The notes beneath the pieces were generated by a model. That model made no database searches, had not been told where the DNA came from, and saw only the letters and a program-made list of their open reading frames with translations. From Candidatus Binatia bacterium (lineage in GTDB: Bacteria > Desulfobacterota > Binatia > DP-6), in the NCBI GenBank assembly GCA_041496545.1, contig JBGQET010000004.1, positions 19,293 through 83,292 on the forward strand: DNA of 64,000 nucleotides, read 5' to 3'. The stretch's first letter is position 1. Every line of letters begins with the position of its first letter. Below, piece after piece: positions 38,684 through 48,744 of this stretch. The position numbers were made by a program, and so were the translations under genes.

Positions 38684-38778
38684 GTCCGACGCTCACTAGC
38701 GCACGCTCGGCGACACCCTGCAAGGATCCGCTCGACGCTGTGCAGGCGGCCCTCCTAGCCTAGGGTCGGCGCCCCGGC

Positions 38779-39201
38779 ATGAGCACCCGACGCCTCTTCG
38801 TCGCGGCACTCCTCCTCGCCGTCGTCACGCGCGCGCCCGCGCAGTGCGACCGCCCCGCGAGCTGTGTCACCGTCACGCAGCCGCCCGGCTCCTGCACGAC
38901 GAGCCTCGGCTGCCCGGCGGGCTACGCTTGCGTCGCGGGCGAGTGCCGCGCCGGCGCGTGCGTCGTCCGCGCCGACTGCGCGGCCGGCGGGCAGTGCGTC
39001 CACCAGGGCTCGGCCGCGGACGGCGTCTGCGTCTGCCGTGGCTGTGCGGAGTGGGACTGCTCGCTCGGCTGTAGCCTGGGGGGCGTCTTCACCGGTTGCC
39101 GCTGCTCGCGGCTCGACGACTGCCCGGCGGAGGACTCCGGCGTGTCGCCCGTGGCATCACCGTGTCCGTTTCGGCGTGTTTGCGACGCGCCGTGCCGCTG
39201 A
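38779..39201 (+). CDS. secreted cysteine-rich protein (25 Cys in 140 aa)
   Basis: Signal peptide MSTRRLFVAALLLAVVTRAPAQC, followed by repeated CxxGxC / CVC-like modules. Confidence 0.55.
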   Translation: MSTRRLFVAALLLAVVTRAPAQCDRPASCVTVTQPPGSCTTSLGCPAGYACVAGECRAGACVVRADCAAGGQCVHQGSAADGVCVCRGCAEWDCSLGCSLGGVFTGCRCSRLDDCPAEDSGVSPVASPCPFRRVCDAPCR

Positions 39202-39448
39202 AGCCGTCGTCGGAGCGCCGTTTCGCGGCGGCATGTGGGTTGCTTGAGGGGTGTGCTCCGCGTCGCGCTCACCGGGCTCCTCGTCCTCTGGGTGGTGTCG
39301 CTCGCGCGCCTCGTGACGGCGCGGCGGGCGCCCGCCGTGATCCGCGTGCGGGCGATTCAGCGACCCCGCGCGGCGTAGCGCGTCCCGGCTCCGGTCGCGG
39401 TTGTCCCCCCCGTCCGGGTCCACTATCTTGGCCTGTCTTGCAGCCCCT

Positions 39449-42043
39449 ATGACACAGGCCATGCTGCGCCCGCTCCCCGAGCGGGCTCCCGCCCTCGCGC
39501 TGGACCACACGCCGCCGACGATCGGCGGCAAGTTCTTCTTCGTGGGCGATCACAAGCTCTACCTGCGGGGCGTGTCCTACGGGCCGTTCGCCGTCGGCCC
39601 CCACGGCTTTCCCTTCCCCGACGAGCGCACGCTGGAGACGGACCTCCGGCTCATGGCCGAGGTGGGCATCAACACGCTCCGCACCTTCACCGTGCCGCCG
39701 CGCTGGCTCCTCGACCGCGCCGCCGAGCACGGCATCCGCGCCCTGATCACGATTCCGTGGGCGCAGCACGTCTGCTTCCTCGATCGCAAGGAGATCGTGA
39801 ACGAGATCCGCGGCACCGTCCGCGCCGCGGCCGAGAACTGCGGCAACCATCCCGCGCTCTTCGGCTTCCTCATCGGCAACGAGATCCCGCCCGACATCGT
39901 CCGCTGGTACGGGCCCGACCGCGTGCGCGACTTCCTCCGCACGCTCCGCGACGAGGTGAAGGACCGCGCGCCGCAGGCGCTCGTCAGCTACGCGAACTTC
40001 CCGTCCACCGAGTACCTCGACCTCACGGACTTCCTCGACTTCGTCTCCTTCAACGTCTACCTCCACCGCGAGGCCGACTTCCGCCGCTACCTCTCGCGCC
40101 TCCAGAACATCGCCGAGGACAGGCCCCTCGTCATGACCGAGTTCGGCATCGACTCGATGCGCGAGGGACAGGAGGCGCAAGCGGAGCACCTCTCGTGGAT
40201 GATCCGGGCCGCCTTCGAGTCGGGCGCCGCCGGCGCCTTCGTCTTCTCCTGGACCGACGACTGGTTCACCGGTGGCTCGCAGATCGCGGACTGGGCGTTC
40301 GGCCTGGTGGACGCGCAGCGGAACCGCAAGCCGGCGTTCACCTCCGTACAGACGCAGTACACGGCGCCGCTGCCGCCGCCGCTCGAGCGCTCGCCCAAGG
40401 TGTCGGTCGTCGTCTGCGCCTACAACGCGGAGCGGACGATGGACGCCTGCCTGGCGTCGCTGCGCACCATGAACTACCCGAACTACGAGGTCGTCGTGGT
40501 CAACGACGGCTCGACCGACCGCACGCCGGAGATCACCGCGCAGCACAAGAGCGAGTACGACGCCCATCCCGACGGCCCGCGCATGATCGTCATCGACCAG
40601 CCCAACAAGGGCCTCTCGGTCGCGCGCAACGTGGGCGCCGACGCCGCAACGGGTGAGATCGTGGCGTACACGGACTCCGACTGCGTGCCGGACCCGGACT
40701 GGCTCGCGTTCCTGGTCTACAAGTTCGTGCGCTCCGGCTTCGTGGCGGTCGGCGGGCCCAACTTCCCGCCCCCGGAGCCGAGCCTGGTGCCCGCGGCGGT
40801 TGCGGTGTCGCCCGGCGGCCCGACGCACGTGCTGCTCGAAGACGAGGTCGCCGAGCACATCCCCGGCTGCAACATGGCCTTCACCAAGAAGGCGATCGAG
40901 GAGGTGCACGGCTTCGAGCCCACGTACACCGCGGCGGGCGACGACGTCGACTTCTGCTGGCGCCTCCAGAATCGCGGCTACGCGATCGGCTTCAGCCCCG
41001 CCGCGACCGTGTGGCACTACCGGCGCAACACCGTGAAGGCGTACCTGAAGCAGCAGATGGGCTACGGCAAGGCGGAGGCGCTCCTCTACTTCAAGCATCC
41101 GTACCGCTTCAATCTCCTCGGGCAGTCGCGCTGGCTCGGCCGCATCTACGGCGAGCTCACCTCCGCCGTCCTCTCGCGCCGCCCCATCATCTACTTCGGC
41201 GCCTTCGGCCGCGGGCTCTTCCAGTCGATGTACGAGCCGCCGTCGTCGCTGCTCGCGTACCTGCCGTTCACGCTCGAGTGGAACGCGATCGGCCTCCTGC
41301 TCGTGCTGGCGGCGCTCTTCACGCCGCGCCTGCTGCCCTTCGCCGTCCTGCCGCTCGCCGTGTCGTTCGTCTGGTCCGTCGCGACGGCCATGCGCGCCCG
41401 GGTCGACCCTCGCTTCAGCGGCGTGCGGGCCCGCGCGCTGATCGCGCTCCTCACCTACCTCGGGCCGCTGGTCCGTGCGCTCCAGCGCTATCTGTGGCGC
41501 GTCCGCGGTCAGGGTGCGGTCGAGAAGATCCGGTTCGAAGGGCCCCAGCAGGCGCCGCGCGTCTCCTGGCTCCGGCGCGCCTTCACGGTCGGCTACTGGA
41601 GCGAGCACGGGCACGAGAAGGAAGCGTTGCTCGGCGCGATCATGGAGTTCCTGATCCCGCGGAAGTACCTCATCGCGGTCGACCCGGGCTGGAACCGCTG
41701 GGACCTCGAGGTGTACCGCGGGGTCTGGTCGAAGGCGCGGCTCACCGTCGCGGCCGAGAATCACGGTGGGCCGAAGCGCTTGCTGAACGTCCGCTGCGAG
41801 ATCCGCCTCACGCGCGTCGCGCAGCTGGCGCTGGTGGGCTACGCGCTCGCGACCGTTTGCGGGCTGCTCTTCGGGGTCCCGGAGCTCACGGGGGTGGGCT
41901 TCGCGCTCGGCACCATCAACCTCGCCGTCATCGTCGCGGAGAACATCCGCCTCGGGAACATCCTGAACGACACCTTCGACATCGTGGCCGCCGGCGTGGC
42001 GCTCCGTCCGCTCGGCAGCACGCCGCCCGCCGCGGCGGCCTGA
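39449..42043 (+). CDS. bifunctional membrane protein: clan GH-A glycoside hydrolase domain fused to family-2 glycosyltransferase and C-terminal multi-TM region
   Basis: N-terminal TIM-barrel hydrolase features (LIGNEIPPD acid/base context, RPLVMTEFGIDS nucleophile). GT2 domain (VSVVVCAYNAERTM...VVNDGSTDRT...YTDSDCVPDPDW). At least 6 predicted TM helices at the C-terminus. ATG 39449 preferred over TTG 39401. Confidence 0.75.
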   Translation: MTQAMLRPLPERAPALALDHTPPTIGGKFFFVGDHKLYLRGVSYGPFAVGPHGFPFPDERTLETDLRLMAEVGINTLRTFTVPPRWLLDRAAEHGIRALITIPWAQHVCFLDRKEIVNEIRGTVRAAAENCGNHPALFGFLIGNEIPPDIVRWYGPDRVRDFLRTLRDEVKDRAPQALVSYANFPSTEYLDLTDFLDFVSFNVYLHREADFRRYLSRLQNIAEDRPLVMTEFGIDSMREGQEAQAEHLSWMIRAAFESGAAGAFVFSWTDDWFTGGSQIADWAFGLVDAQRNRKPAFTSVQTQYTAPLPPPLERSPKVSVVVCAYNAERTMDACLASLRTMNYPNYEVVVVNDGSTDRTPEITAQHKSEYDAHPDGPRMIVIDQPNKGLSVARNVGADAATGEIVAYTDSDCVPDPDWLAFLVYKFVRSGFVAVGGPNFPPPEPSLVPAAVAVSPGGPTHVLLEDEVAEHIPGCNMAFTKKAIEEVHGFEPTYTAAGDDVDFCWRLQNRGYAIGFSPAATVWHYRRNTVKAYLKQQMGYGKAEALLYFKHPYRFNLLGQSRWLGRIYGELTSAVLSRRPIIYFGAFGRGLFQSMYEPPSSLLAYLPFTLEWNAIGLLLVLAALFTPRLLPFAVLPLAVSFVWSVATAMRARVDPRFSGVRARALIALLTYLGPLVRALQRYLWRVRGQGAVEKIRFEGPQQAPRVSWLRRAFTVGYWSEHGHEKEALLGAIMEFLIPRKYLIAVDPGWNRWDLEVYRGVWSKARLTVAAENHGGPKRLLNVRCEIRLTRVAQLALVGYALATVCGLLFGVPELTGVGFALGTINLAVIVAENIRLGNILNDTFDIVAAGVALRPLGSTPPAAAA

Positions 42044-42051
42044 GGCTGGCG

Positions 42052-43824
42052 ATGCTCCTGAAGATCCTCCGGCGCCTCGTGCCCTACCGCGGGCTCTTCG
42101 CCTGGGCGGTGGCGCAGGTGCTGCTGATCGGCGTGCTCGAGCTGGCGAAGCCCTGGCCGCTCAAGGTCGTCGTCGACAACGTGCTCGGCGGGCGGCCGCT
42201 CGGCTGGCCGGTCGTCGGCGGGCTCGCCCCGCGGCCGCTCCTGGCCGTCGCCTGCCTGGTGCTGGTCGGCGTCTACGCGCTGCTCGGGCTCCTCAGCGTG
42301 ACCAGCAACTACGCCACCATCAGCGTCGGCCAGCGCATGGTGAACGACTTCCGGAGCGAGCTGTACGCGCACCTCCAGCGGCTCTCGCTCGCCTTCCACA
42401 GCCGCCGCTCGGTCGGCGACCTCCTCTATCGCCTCACCGCCGACACCTTCGCCATCCAGACGCTCACCATGAACGGCGTCTTCCCGCTGCTCACCTCGGC
42501 GGTGCTGCTCGGCGGGATGGTCGTCGTGATGCTCCGCATGGACTGGGTGCTGACGCTCGTCGCGCTCGGCGTCGTGCCGGCGCTCTTCCTCTCGATCGCC
42601 GCCATGAGCCGCCGCATCACCGCGCTCGCCACCGACGCGCGCGTCAAGGAGAGCGCGCTCTGGGCCGTCGCGCAGCGGACGATCGGCGCGATCCGCGTCA
42701 TCCAGGCATTCACCACCGAGGGGGAGGAGCACCGCCGCTTCGTCGGTACCAGCCGCGCGAGCCTCGACGCGAACCTTCGCCTCTACACCTTCCAGACCGT
42801 CTATGGGTCGGGCGTGAACGTGCTCATCGCGGCCGGCACCGCGGGCGTCCTCTGGTTCGGCGCGGTGCACGTGCTGGAGGGCGGGCTCACCGTCGGGCAG
42901 GTGCTCGTCTTCACCACGTACCTCGCTTCGCTCTACGCGCCCATCAACAGCCTGACCCAGACCTACGGCCTGATCCAGGGGGCGCGCACCGGCGCCGAGC
43001 GCGTGTTCGAGATCCTCGACACCGCGCCCGATCTCGTCGACGGGACGCGCGAGCTCGGTCGCGACGAGGTCCACGGCGCCGTCACCTTCGAGGACGTCCG
43101 CTTCGGCTACGACGCCTCGCGCCTCGTCTTGCAGGGCGTCGACTTCCACGCCCGCGCCGGCGAGGTCGTCGCCGTCGTCGGCGCGACGGGCGCCGGCAAG
43201 ACGACGCTCGTGAGCCTGATCCCTCGCTTCTACGACCCGGTCGCCGGCCGCGTGCTGCTCGACGGCATCGACGTGCGCGAGTTCCGGCTGCACGCGCTCC
43301 GCCGGCAGGTGGCGATGGTACTCCAGCCGGCGCTCGTCTTCCCGACCAGCGTCCGCGACAACATCGCCTACGGCCGTCCCGACGCGACGCTCGCCCAGGT
43401 CCGCGAGGCCGCGCGGCTGGCGCAGCTCACCGACTTCCTCGAGCGCCTGCCGGCGGGGCTCGACACGATGGTGGGGGAGGGGGGCGCGACGCTCTCGGCC
43501 GGCGAGCAGCTCCGCATCACGATCGCGCGCGCCATCCTCCGCGACGCGCCGCTGCTCATCCTCGACGAGCCCACGTCCGCGCTCGACGCGACCACCGAGG
43601 CCCTCGTCATGCAGGGCCTCGAGCGCTTGATGGCCGGCCGCACGACGTTCGTCATCGCGCACCGGCTCTCCACGGTCCGCCGCGCCGACGTCATCCTCGT
43701 CATCGACGACGGCCGCATCGTCGAGCAGGGACCCTTCCACGAGCTGGTGGCGCGCGGCGGACACTTCGCGCGCCTCCACCGGACGCAGTTCGGCGAGGAG
43801 CCGGAGCGTGCCGCGTCGTCCTGA
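42052..43824 (+). CDS. ABC exporter, fused permease-ATPase (MsbA/lipid or polysaccharide exporter-like)
   Basis: Six-TM ABC_membrane domain, then Walker A GATGAGKTT, ABC signature LSAGEQLRI and Walker B LLILDEPTSALD. GAGG RBS before ATG 42052. Confidence 0.85.
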   Translation: MLLKILRRLVPYRGLFAWAVAQVLLIGVLELAKPWPLKVVVDNVLGGRPLGWPVVGGLAPRPLLAVACLVLVGVYALLGLLSVTSNYATISVGQRMVNDFRSELYAHLQRLSLAFHSRRSVGDLLYRLTADTFAIQTLTMNGVFPLLTSAVLLGGMVVVMLRMDWVLTLVALGVVPALFLSIAAMSRRITALATDARVKESALWAVAQRTIGAIRVIQAFTTEGEEHRRFVGTSRASLDANLRLYTFQTVYGSGVNVLIAAGTAGVLWFGAVHVLEGGLTVGQVLVFTTYLASLYAPINSLTQTYGLIQGARTGAERVFEILDTAPDLVDGTRELGRDEVHGAVTFEDVRFGYDASRLVLQGVDFHARAGEVVAVVGATGAGKTTLVSLIPRFYDPVAGRVLLDGIDVREFRLHALRRQVAMVLQPALVFPTSVRDNIAYGRPDATLAQVREAARLAQLTDFLERLPAGLDTMVGEGGATLSAGEQLRITIARAILRDAPLLILDEPTSALDATTEALVMQGLERLMAGRTTFVIAHRLSTVRRADVILVIDDGRIVEQGPFHELVARGGHFARLHRTQFGEEPERAASS

Positions 43825-44971
43825 GCGCATCCTCGTCCTCGGCATCGTCGGGCAGTACCCGATGGCCGGCGTCGCCTGGCAGGCGGTGCACTACCTGGTC
43901 GGCCTCCGCGACCTCGGCTGGGACGTCTTCTACGTCGAGGACTCGGGCGCCACGCCCTACGACCCGCGGAGCGGCGGCAAGACCGACGACTGCTCGTACG
44001 CCGTCTCGTACGTCGCCGAGGTGATGCGCCGCTTCGGTCTGGAAGACCGCTGGGTCTACCTCGACATGATGCGCAACCAGACCCACGGCGTCCCGCGGCT
44101 CGCCGACCTCTACCGTGACGCGACGGCGATCGTGAATCTCTGCGGCGCGACGGCACCGCGCGCCGAGCACCGCCAGGGCGCGAAGCTCCTCTACATCGAG
44201 ACGGACCCGGTCTACGAGCAGATCCGCATCGCGACGGGCACGGCGTCGTCGCTGGAGTTCCTCGAGAGCCACGACGTCCTCTTCACCTACGGCGAGAACC
44301 TGGGCTCACCCGACTGCGCGGTGCCGATCCTGAAGTTCCGCTGGCAGACGACGCGCCCGCCCGTCGTGACGCACCTCTGGGAGCCGCGCCTGGACGCGAA
44401 GGCCGTCCATTTCACCTCGATCGCGTCGTGGGAGAACAAGGGGAAGGACGTGACCTACGGCGGCGTCACCTACCAGTGGTCGAAGCACGTCAACTTCCTC
44501 CGCTTCCTCGACCTGCCCAAGCGCACGCCGCAGAAGTTCCGCCTCGCCATGGACCCGGCCGACGCCGGGGTCGAAGCGCGCCTGCGAAACCTGGGCTGGG
44601 ACCTGGTCGACCCGGCGCCCATCTCGCGCGACGTCGGCACCTATCAGGAGTTCATCTACGGCTCGCGGGGCGAGTTCACGGTGGCGAAGGACATCTACGT
44701 GCGCCCGCTCTCGGGCTGGTTCAGCGACCGGAGCGTCTGCTACCTCGCCGCCGGCAAGCCCGTCGTCACGCAGAGCACGGGCTTCGAGAAGTTCGTGCCG
44801 GCGGGCGAGGGTCTGCTGGCCTACTCGACCATGGCCGAGGCGGTGGACGCGCTGGCCCTGGTGAACGCCGACTACGCGAAGCACGCCGCGGCGGCGCGGC
44901 AGATCGCGGTCGAGCACTTCGGCGCCGGGCCGGTTCTCCGGCGACTCCTCGCCGACGCGGGGCTCGGGTGA
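43808..44971 (+). CDS. putative GT-B fold glycosyltransferase, tandem paralog 1 of 3
   Basis: N-terminal RILVLGIVGQYPMAGVAW and C-terminal SGWFSDRSVCYLAAGKPVVTQSTGFEKFV...GLLAY resemble GT1/GT4 nucleotide-sugar-binding domains. About 35-40% identical to the next two genes. GTG start overlaps the ABC gene end. Confidence 0.65.
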   Translation: MPRRPERILVLGIVGQYPMAGVAWQAVHYLVGLRDLGWDVFYVEDSGATPYDPRSGGKTDDCSYAVSYVAEVMRRFGLEDRWVYLDMMRNQTHGVPRLADLYRDATAIVNLCGATAPRAEHRQGAKLLYIETDPVYEQIRIATGTASSLEFLESHDVLFTYGENLGSPDCAVPILKFRWQTTRPPVVTHLWEPRLDAKAVHFTSIASWENKGKDVTYGGVTYQWSKHVNFLRFLDLPKRTPQKFRLAMDPADAGVEARLRNLGWDLVDPAPISRDVGTYQEFIYGSRGEFTVAKDIYVRPLSGWFSDRSVCYLAAGKPVVTQSTGFEKFVPAGEGLLAYSTMAEAVDALALVNADYAKHAAAARQIAVEHFGAGPVLRRLLADAGLG

Positions 44972-46128
44972 GAATCGTCGTCACGGGCCTGGTGGCGACC
45001 TACCCCGTGGGCGGCGTTGCCTGGGACTACCTCCAGTACGTGCAGGGGTTCCGCCGCCTCGGCTGCGAGGTCACGTACCTGGAGGACACGGGGCAGTGGC
45101 TCTACGATCCGGTCGCCCAGACCTTCACCGACGACGCGACGGCGAGCGCGCGCTACCTCGGCGCCGCGCTCGCCCGGCTCGACGCCGGGACGCGGTGGGC
45201 GCTCCGCGGCCCCGACGGCACGTACCACGGCCTCGACGAAGCCGCCGTCGCGGGCGCGTGCCGCGGCGCGGACCTCTTCCTCAACCTCTCCGGCTCCTGC
45301 TGGCTCCGTGACACCTACCGCGCCGCGCGCGTCAAGGCCTACGTCGACACCGACCCCGGCTACAGCCAGGCGAAGCTCGCCGCGGTCGCGGCGGGGACGG
45401 CGGGCGAGTCGGTCGAGTTCTCCGTCAACCTGATCCGCCAGCACGACGTCTTCTTCACCCTCGGCGAGTCGATCGGGCGGCCCGAGTGCCCGATCCCGAC
45501 CGGCGGCCTCGTCTGGCACCCGACGCGCCAGCCGATCGTGCTCGAGAACTGGCCCGCCCGCGCTGCGCCCGAGGGCGCGTTCACCACCGTCATGTCGTGG
45601 AAGATCGAGCCGACGTCACCCACGGTGGGCGGCAAGGTGTACGGCGGCAAGGACGTCGAGTTCGAGCGCTTCATGGACTTGCCGTCGCGGACGGGAGAGA
45701 CCCTCGAGGTCGCGATCTCCGGCGCCGCGCCGCGCGAGCGGATCGCCGCCGCCGGCTGGCGGCTCCGTGACGCGCACACCGTGTCGGCGACGATGGACGG
45801 CTACCGCGACTACGTCGTCGGCTCGCGCGGCGAGTGCTCGATCGCGAAGAACGTCTACGTGGCGCTCGGGAGCGGCTGGTTCAGCACCCGGAGCGCGGCG
45901 TACCTGGCCTGCGGCAAGCCGGTCGTCGTCGAGGAGACGGGCTTCTCGGCGCACGTTCCACCCGGTCCGGGGCTCCATCCCTTCACCACGGCCGAGGAGG
46001 CGGTCGCGGGCCTCGCCGCGATCCGCGCCGACTACTCGCGCGCCTGCGAGCACGCGCGCGCGCTGGCAGTGGAGCACTTCGACGCCAAGCAGGTGTGCGC
46101 CCGGTTGCTCGCGGACGCGGGGCTCTAG
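44968..46128 (+). CDS. putative GT-B fold glycosyltransferase, tandem paralog 2 of 3
   Basis: GTGA overlap with paralog 1. Conserved N-terminus RIVVTGLVATYPVGGVAW and C-terminus SGWFSTRSAAYLACGKPVVVEETGF. Confidence 0.65.
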   Translation: MRIVVTGLVATYPVGGVAWDYLQYVQGFRRLGCEVTYLEDTGQWLYDPVAQTFTDDATASARYLGAALARLDAGTRWALRGPDGTYHGLDEAAVAGACRGADLFLNLSGSCWLRDTYRAARVKAYVDTDPGYSQAKLAAVAAGTAGESVEFSVNLIRQHDVFFTLGESIGRPECPIPTGGLVWHPTRQPIVLENWPARAAPEGAFTTVMSWKIEPTSPTVGGKVYGGKDVEFERFMDLPSRTGETLEVAISGAAPRERIAAAGWRLRDAHTVSATMDGYRDYVVGSRGECSIAKNVYVALGSGWFSTRSAAYLACGKPVVVEETGFSAHVPPGPGLHPFTTAEEAVAGLAAIRADYSRACEHARALAVEHFDAKQVCARLLADAGL

Positions 46129-46130
46129 GA

Positions 46131-47290
46131 TGGCGCGCGTCGTCCTCGCCGGCTACCTCGTCCGCAACCCGATCGGCGGCTACGCCTGGCAGGCGGCGCA
46201 CTACCTCCTCGGGCTGCGTGCCTGCGGCCACGACGCATACTTCTACGAGGACACCGGACACTTCGCGCCGGCGTACAACCCGACGACGGGCGAGTACGGC
46301 GACGCGTACGACTACGGCATCCGCATCGCCGGCGCCTTCCTCGACCGCCTCGGGCTCGGCGAGCGCTGGGTCTTCTGCGACACGACGCGCGGTGTCGAGC
46401 ACGGCCCGGGCGCCGGCCACGCGGCGGCCTGGCTCCGCGAGGCGGATCTCCTCGTCAACCTGGCGGGCGTGAATCGCATCCCGCCCGAGCGCCGCGGCGG
46501 CCGGCCGTCCGTCTACGTCGACATCGACCCGGCCGTCACGCAGATCCGCGCGGCGGAAGGCGACACGCTGCTGCGCGCCATCCTCGACGAGCACGCGTGC
46601 CTCTTCACCTACGGCGAGAACGTCGGCACGCCGCGCTCGCCGCTGCCGACCGGCGGCTACGTCTGGCATCCGACGCGCGCCCCCGTCGCGCTCGAGTGGT
46701 GGCGGGACGCAGGCGCGCCGGGCGCCGCGTACACGACGGTCGGCACCTGGGACGCGCGCGGGCGCGACCTCGTCTTCGGCGGCGAGACGTTCCGCTGGCG
46801 GAAGCGCTCCGAGTGGATGCGCTGCCTCGACCTCCCCGAGCGGACGGGCGCGGGCTTCGAGGTGGCGATGGACGTCGCCAGCGTCCCCGGCGACCCGCAG
46901 GTGCTCGGCGCGCACGGCTGGCGGATCGTCGACCCGCTCGCCATCTCCGCCGACCCCTGGCGCTACCGCGACTACCTCCGCGGCTCGCGGGGAGAGTTCA
47001 CGGTCGCGAAGGACGTGAACGTGCGCCTGCGGAGCGGCTGGTTCAGCGACCGCGCCGCCTGCTACCTCGCCGCCGGCCGTCCCGTCGTCGAGCAGGACAC
47101 CGGCTTCGGCGACGTGCTGCCGCTCGGGCCGGGGCTCCACGCCTTCCGGACCGTCGAGCAGGCGGCGGACGCGGTGCGCGCGGTCGAAGCCGACTGGGCG
47201 CGCGCGAGCGCCCACGCCGCGGAGGTGGCGCGCGAGTGCTTCGCGGCGGAGCGGGTGGTCGGCGACCTGCTACGGACGGCGGGGCTCTAG
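46131..47290 (+). CDS. putative GT-B fold glycosyltransferase, tandem paralog 3 of 3
   Basis: ATG 3 nt after the previous stop. RVVLAGYLVRNPIGGYAW ... SGWFSDRAACYLAAGRPVVEQDTGF. Confidence 0.65.
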
Positions 47291-47330
47291 AGCTCGCGGG
47301 TCGCAGCGGTGGATCGCGGCGTCGGGCGAT

Positions 47331-47624
47331 TCAGTCCGCGATGTGGCTCGCGGGAAGCTCCGCCGCAGGCGGCAGGGCCGGCTCCCGAGGCGCTCGCAGC
47401 TCCCGTCGCAGGGAGCCGGCGCTCAGGCCGAGCGCGTCGCAAAGGTTCTCGAAGCTGTACGGCCACGCGCGGTCCGTGCTCGCCATGTAGGCGCTCGCTT
47501 TCTGAACGGACAGCCGGCCGACGGTCTTGTCGTAGCCCCTCGCTCGCCGGTAGGACGAGCCCCGGCAGTCGTCGACGACGGTTTGCAGCACGGCCGCCAT
47601 CAGCCGCTTGTGCGGCTCGTCCAT
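47331..47624 (-). CDS. small hypothetical protein with C-terminal HTH-like segment
   Basis: High GC3. MDEPHKRLMAAVLQTVVDDCRG...PYSFENLCDALGLSAGSLRREL suggests a DNA-binding helix-turn-helix. Confidence 0.45.
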   Translation of the reverse strand: MDEPHKRLMAAVLQTVVDDCRGSSYRRARGYDKTVGRLSVQKASAYMASTDRAWPYSFENLCDALGLSAGSLRRELRAPREPALPPAAELPASHIAD

Positions 47625-47695
47625 GGACGAGCCACGGCGACGAAGGTACTGCGTCGGAAGCATCACGTGAATCATCGTCGTGTCCTCCAGTCAGG

Positions 47696-47887
47696 TCAGG
47701 GACGAACCTTCGCGCGGAGGGCCTCGGCTTCACGCTGTCCTTCGCGAAACTCGGCCCAGAAGCGAGCACGGGCGGCGACCCGCCCGCCGCCCGCCTGCTC
47801 TTCCACTTTCCTGGCGGCGACGGGAGCGCGCCGTCGCCGCAGCGATGTCCAGAGGCGCGCGAGCGCCTCGCCGAACGGATTCCGCAT
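47696..47887 (-). CDS. small hypothetical ORF (63 aa)
   Basis: ATG 1 nt after the stop of the 47889..48176 gene; moderately high GC3; no recognisable domain. Confidence 0.3.
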   Translation of the reverse strand: MRNPFGEALARLWTSLRRRRAPVAARKVEEQAGGGRVAARARFWAEFREGQREAEALRAKVRP

Positions 47888-47888
47888 G

Positions 47889-48176
47889 CTAACTTCCCAC
47901 CAGGTGCAGCTGCACCGGCAGGCGTGACGGTGCGATGAACGTCTCCACGGACGGGATCCCCGTCCCGTGAAGGTCGATCAGGTGTCGGTCGCGAGCCACC
48001 CAGCGGCGGATGAGCAACTTGCCGCGATCGCCGACGCACCAGAGCTTGCCGCTGATGTGTCCGCGCGGGAGCCAGACCTTCCTGCCCCCGATCCGGCAGA
48101 GCAGGGCCGGAGCCGTCGAGCGGATGACCGTGACGTCCTGGAACATCACGAGGTCATCGGCGTCGTCCCTGGCCAT
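47889..48176 (-). CDS. small hypothetical protein (95 aa)
   Basis: GGAAGGA RBS 8 nt before ATG 48176. MARDDADDLVMFQDVTVIRSTAPALLCRIGGRKVWLPRGHISGKLWCVGDRGKLLIRRW. Confidence 0.45.
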   Translation of the reverse strand: MARDDADDLVMFQDVTVIRSTAPALLCRIGGRKVWLPRGHISGKLWCVGDRGKLLIRRWVARDRHLIDLHGTGIPSVETFIAPSRLPVQLHLVGS

Positions 48177-48744
48177 GGCGCGATTGTCCTTCCGAAGTCC
48201 GCGCCGAGCACACGTGGGTAGGGGACATGGCCCCTGCACAGATCGCGCTGCGGGGCTCTACGGCCTCGGGGGTGAGTGTATCGGACTCGCGCCGAAACCG
48301 CAATCCGTGTTCAATCTGTCAGCCGGACTGTAAGGCTAGGAAATTTGACAGCCGACGTGGTTGCGCCTACTGTGGCATCGTCCGGGACTGCTTCGCGCGT
48401 CAAAGGCCTCCGCGCGGTTTGTGCGTATTCAGGCCGCCGCCAAGGAGGTACGATGGATCTCTTCCAGAACTCGTTTCGCGCGCGCTCGGCGGTTCGCTTG
48501 CGCGCTTCCGACGTCGACGCGCTCGTCGGGCCGCCGCGTGAGTTCGCCGGCATTCGCCGCCGCGTTCGTTCGTCGTCCGACGACCTCGAGGGTGGGCTCG
48601 CGGCCACGATCGCGTCCGCATCCACGACTGCCCCGCGGCGGCGAGTGAAGAGGCTCGGAAACTGACTGAACTGAGGAGGTGGAATTGGGATCTGCGGAGT
48701 GTACGGTGACTCGAAGAGTTCCGGTGGGCTTGGGGAGATGGGGC

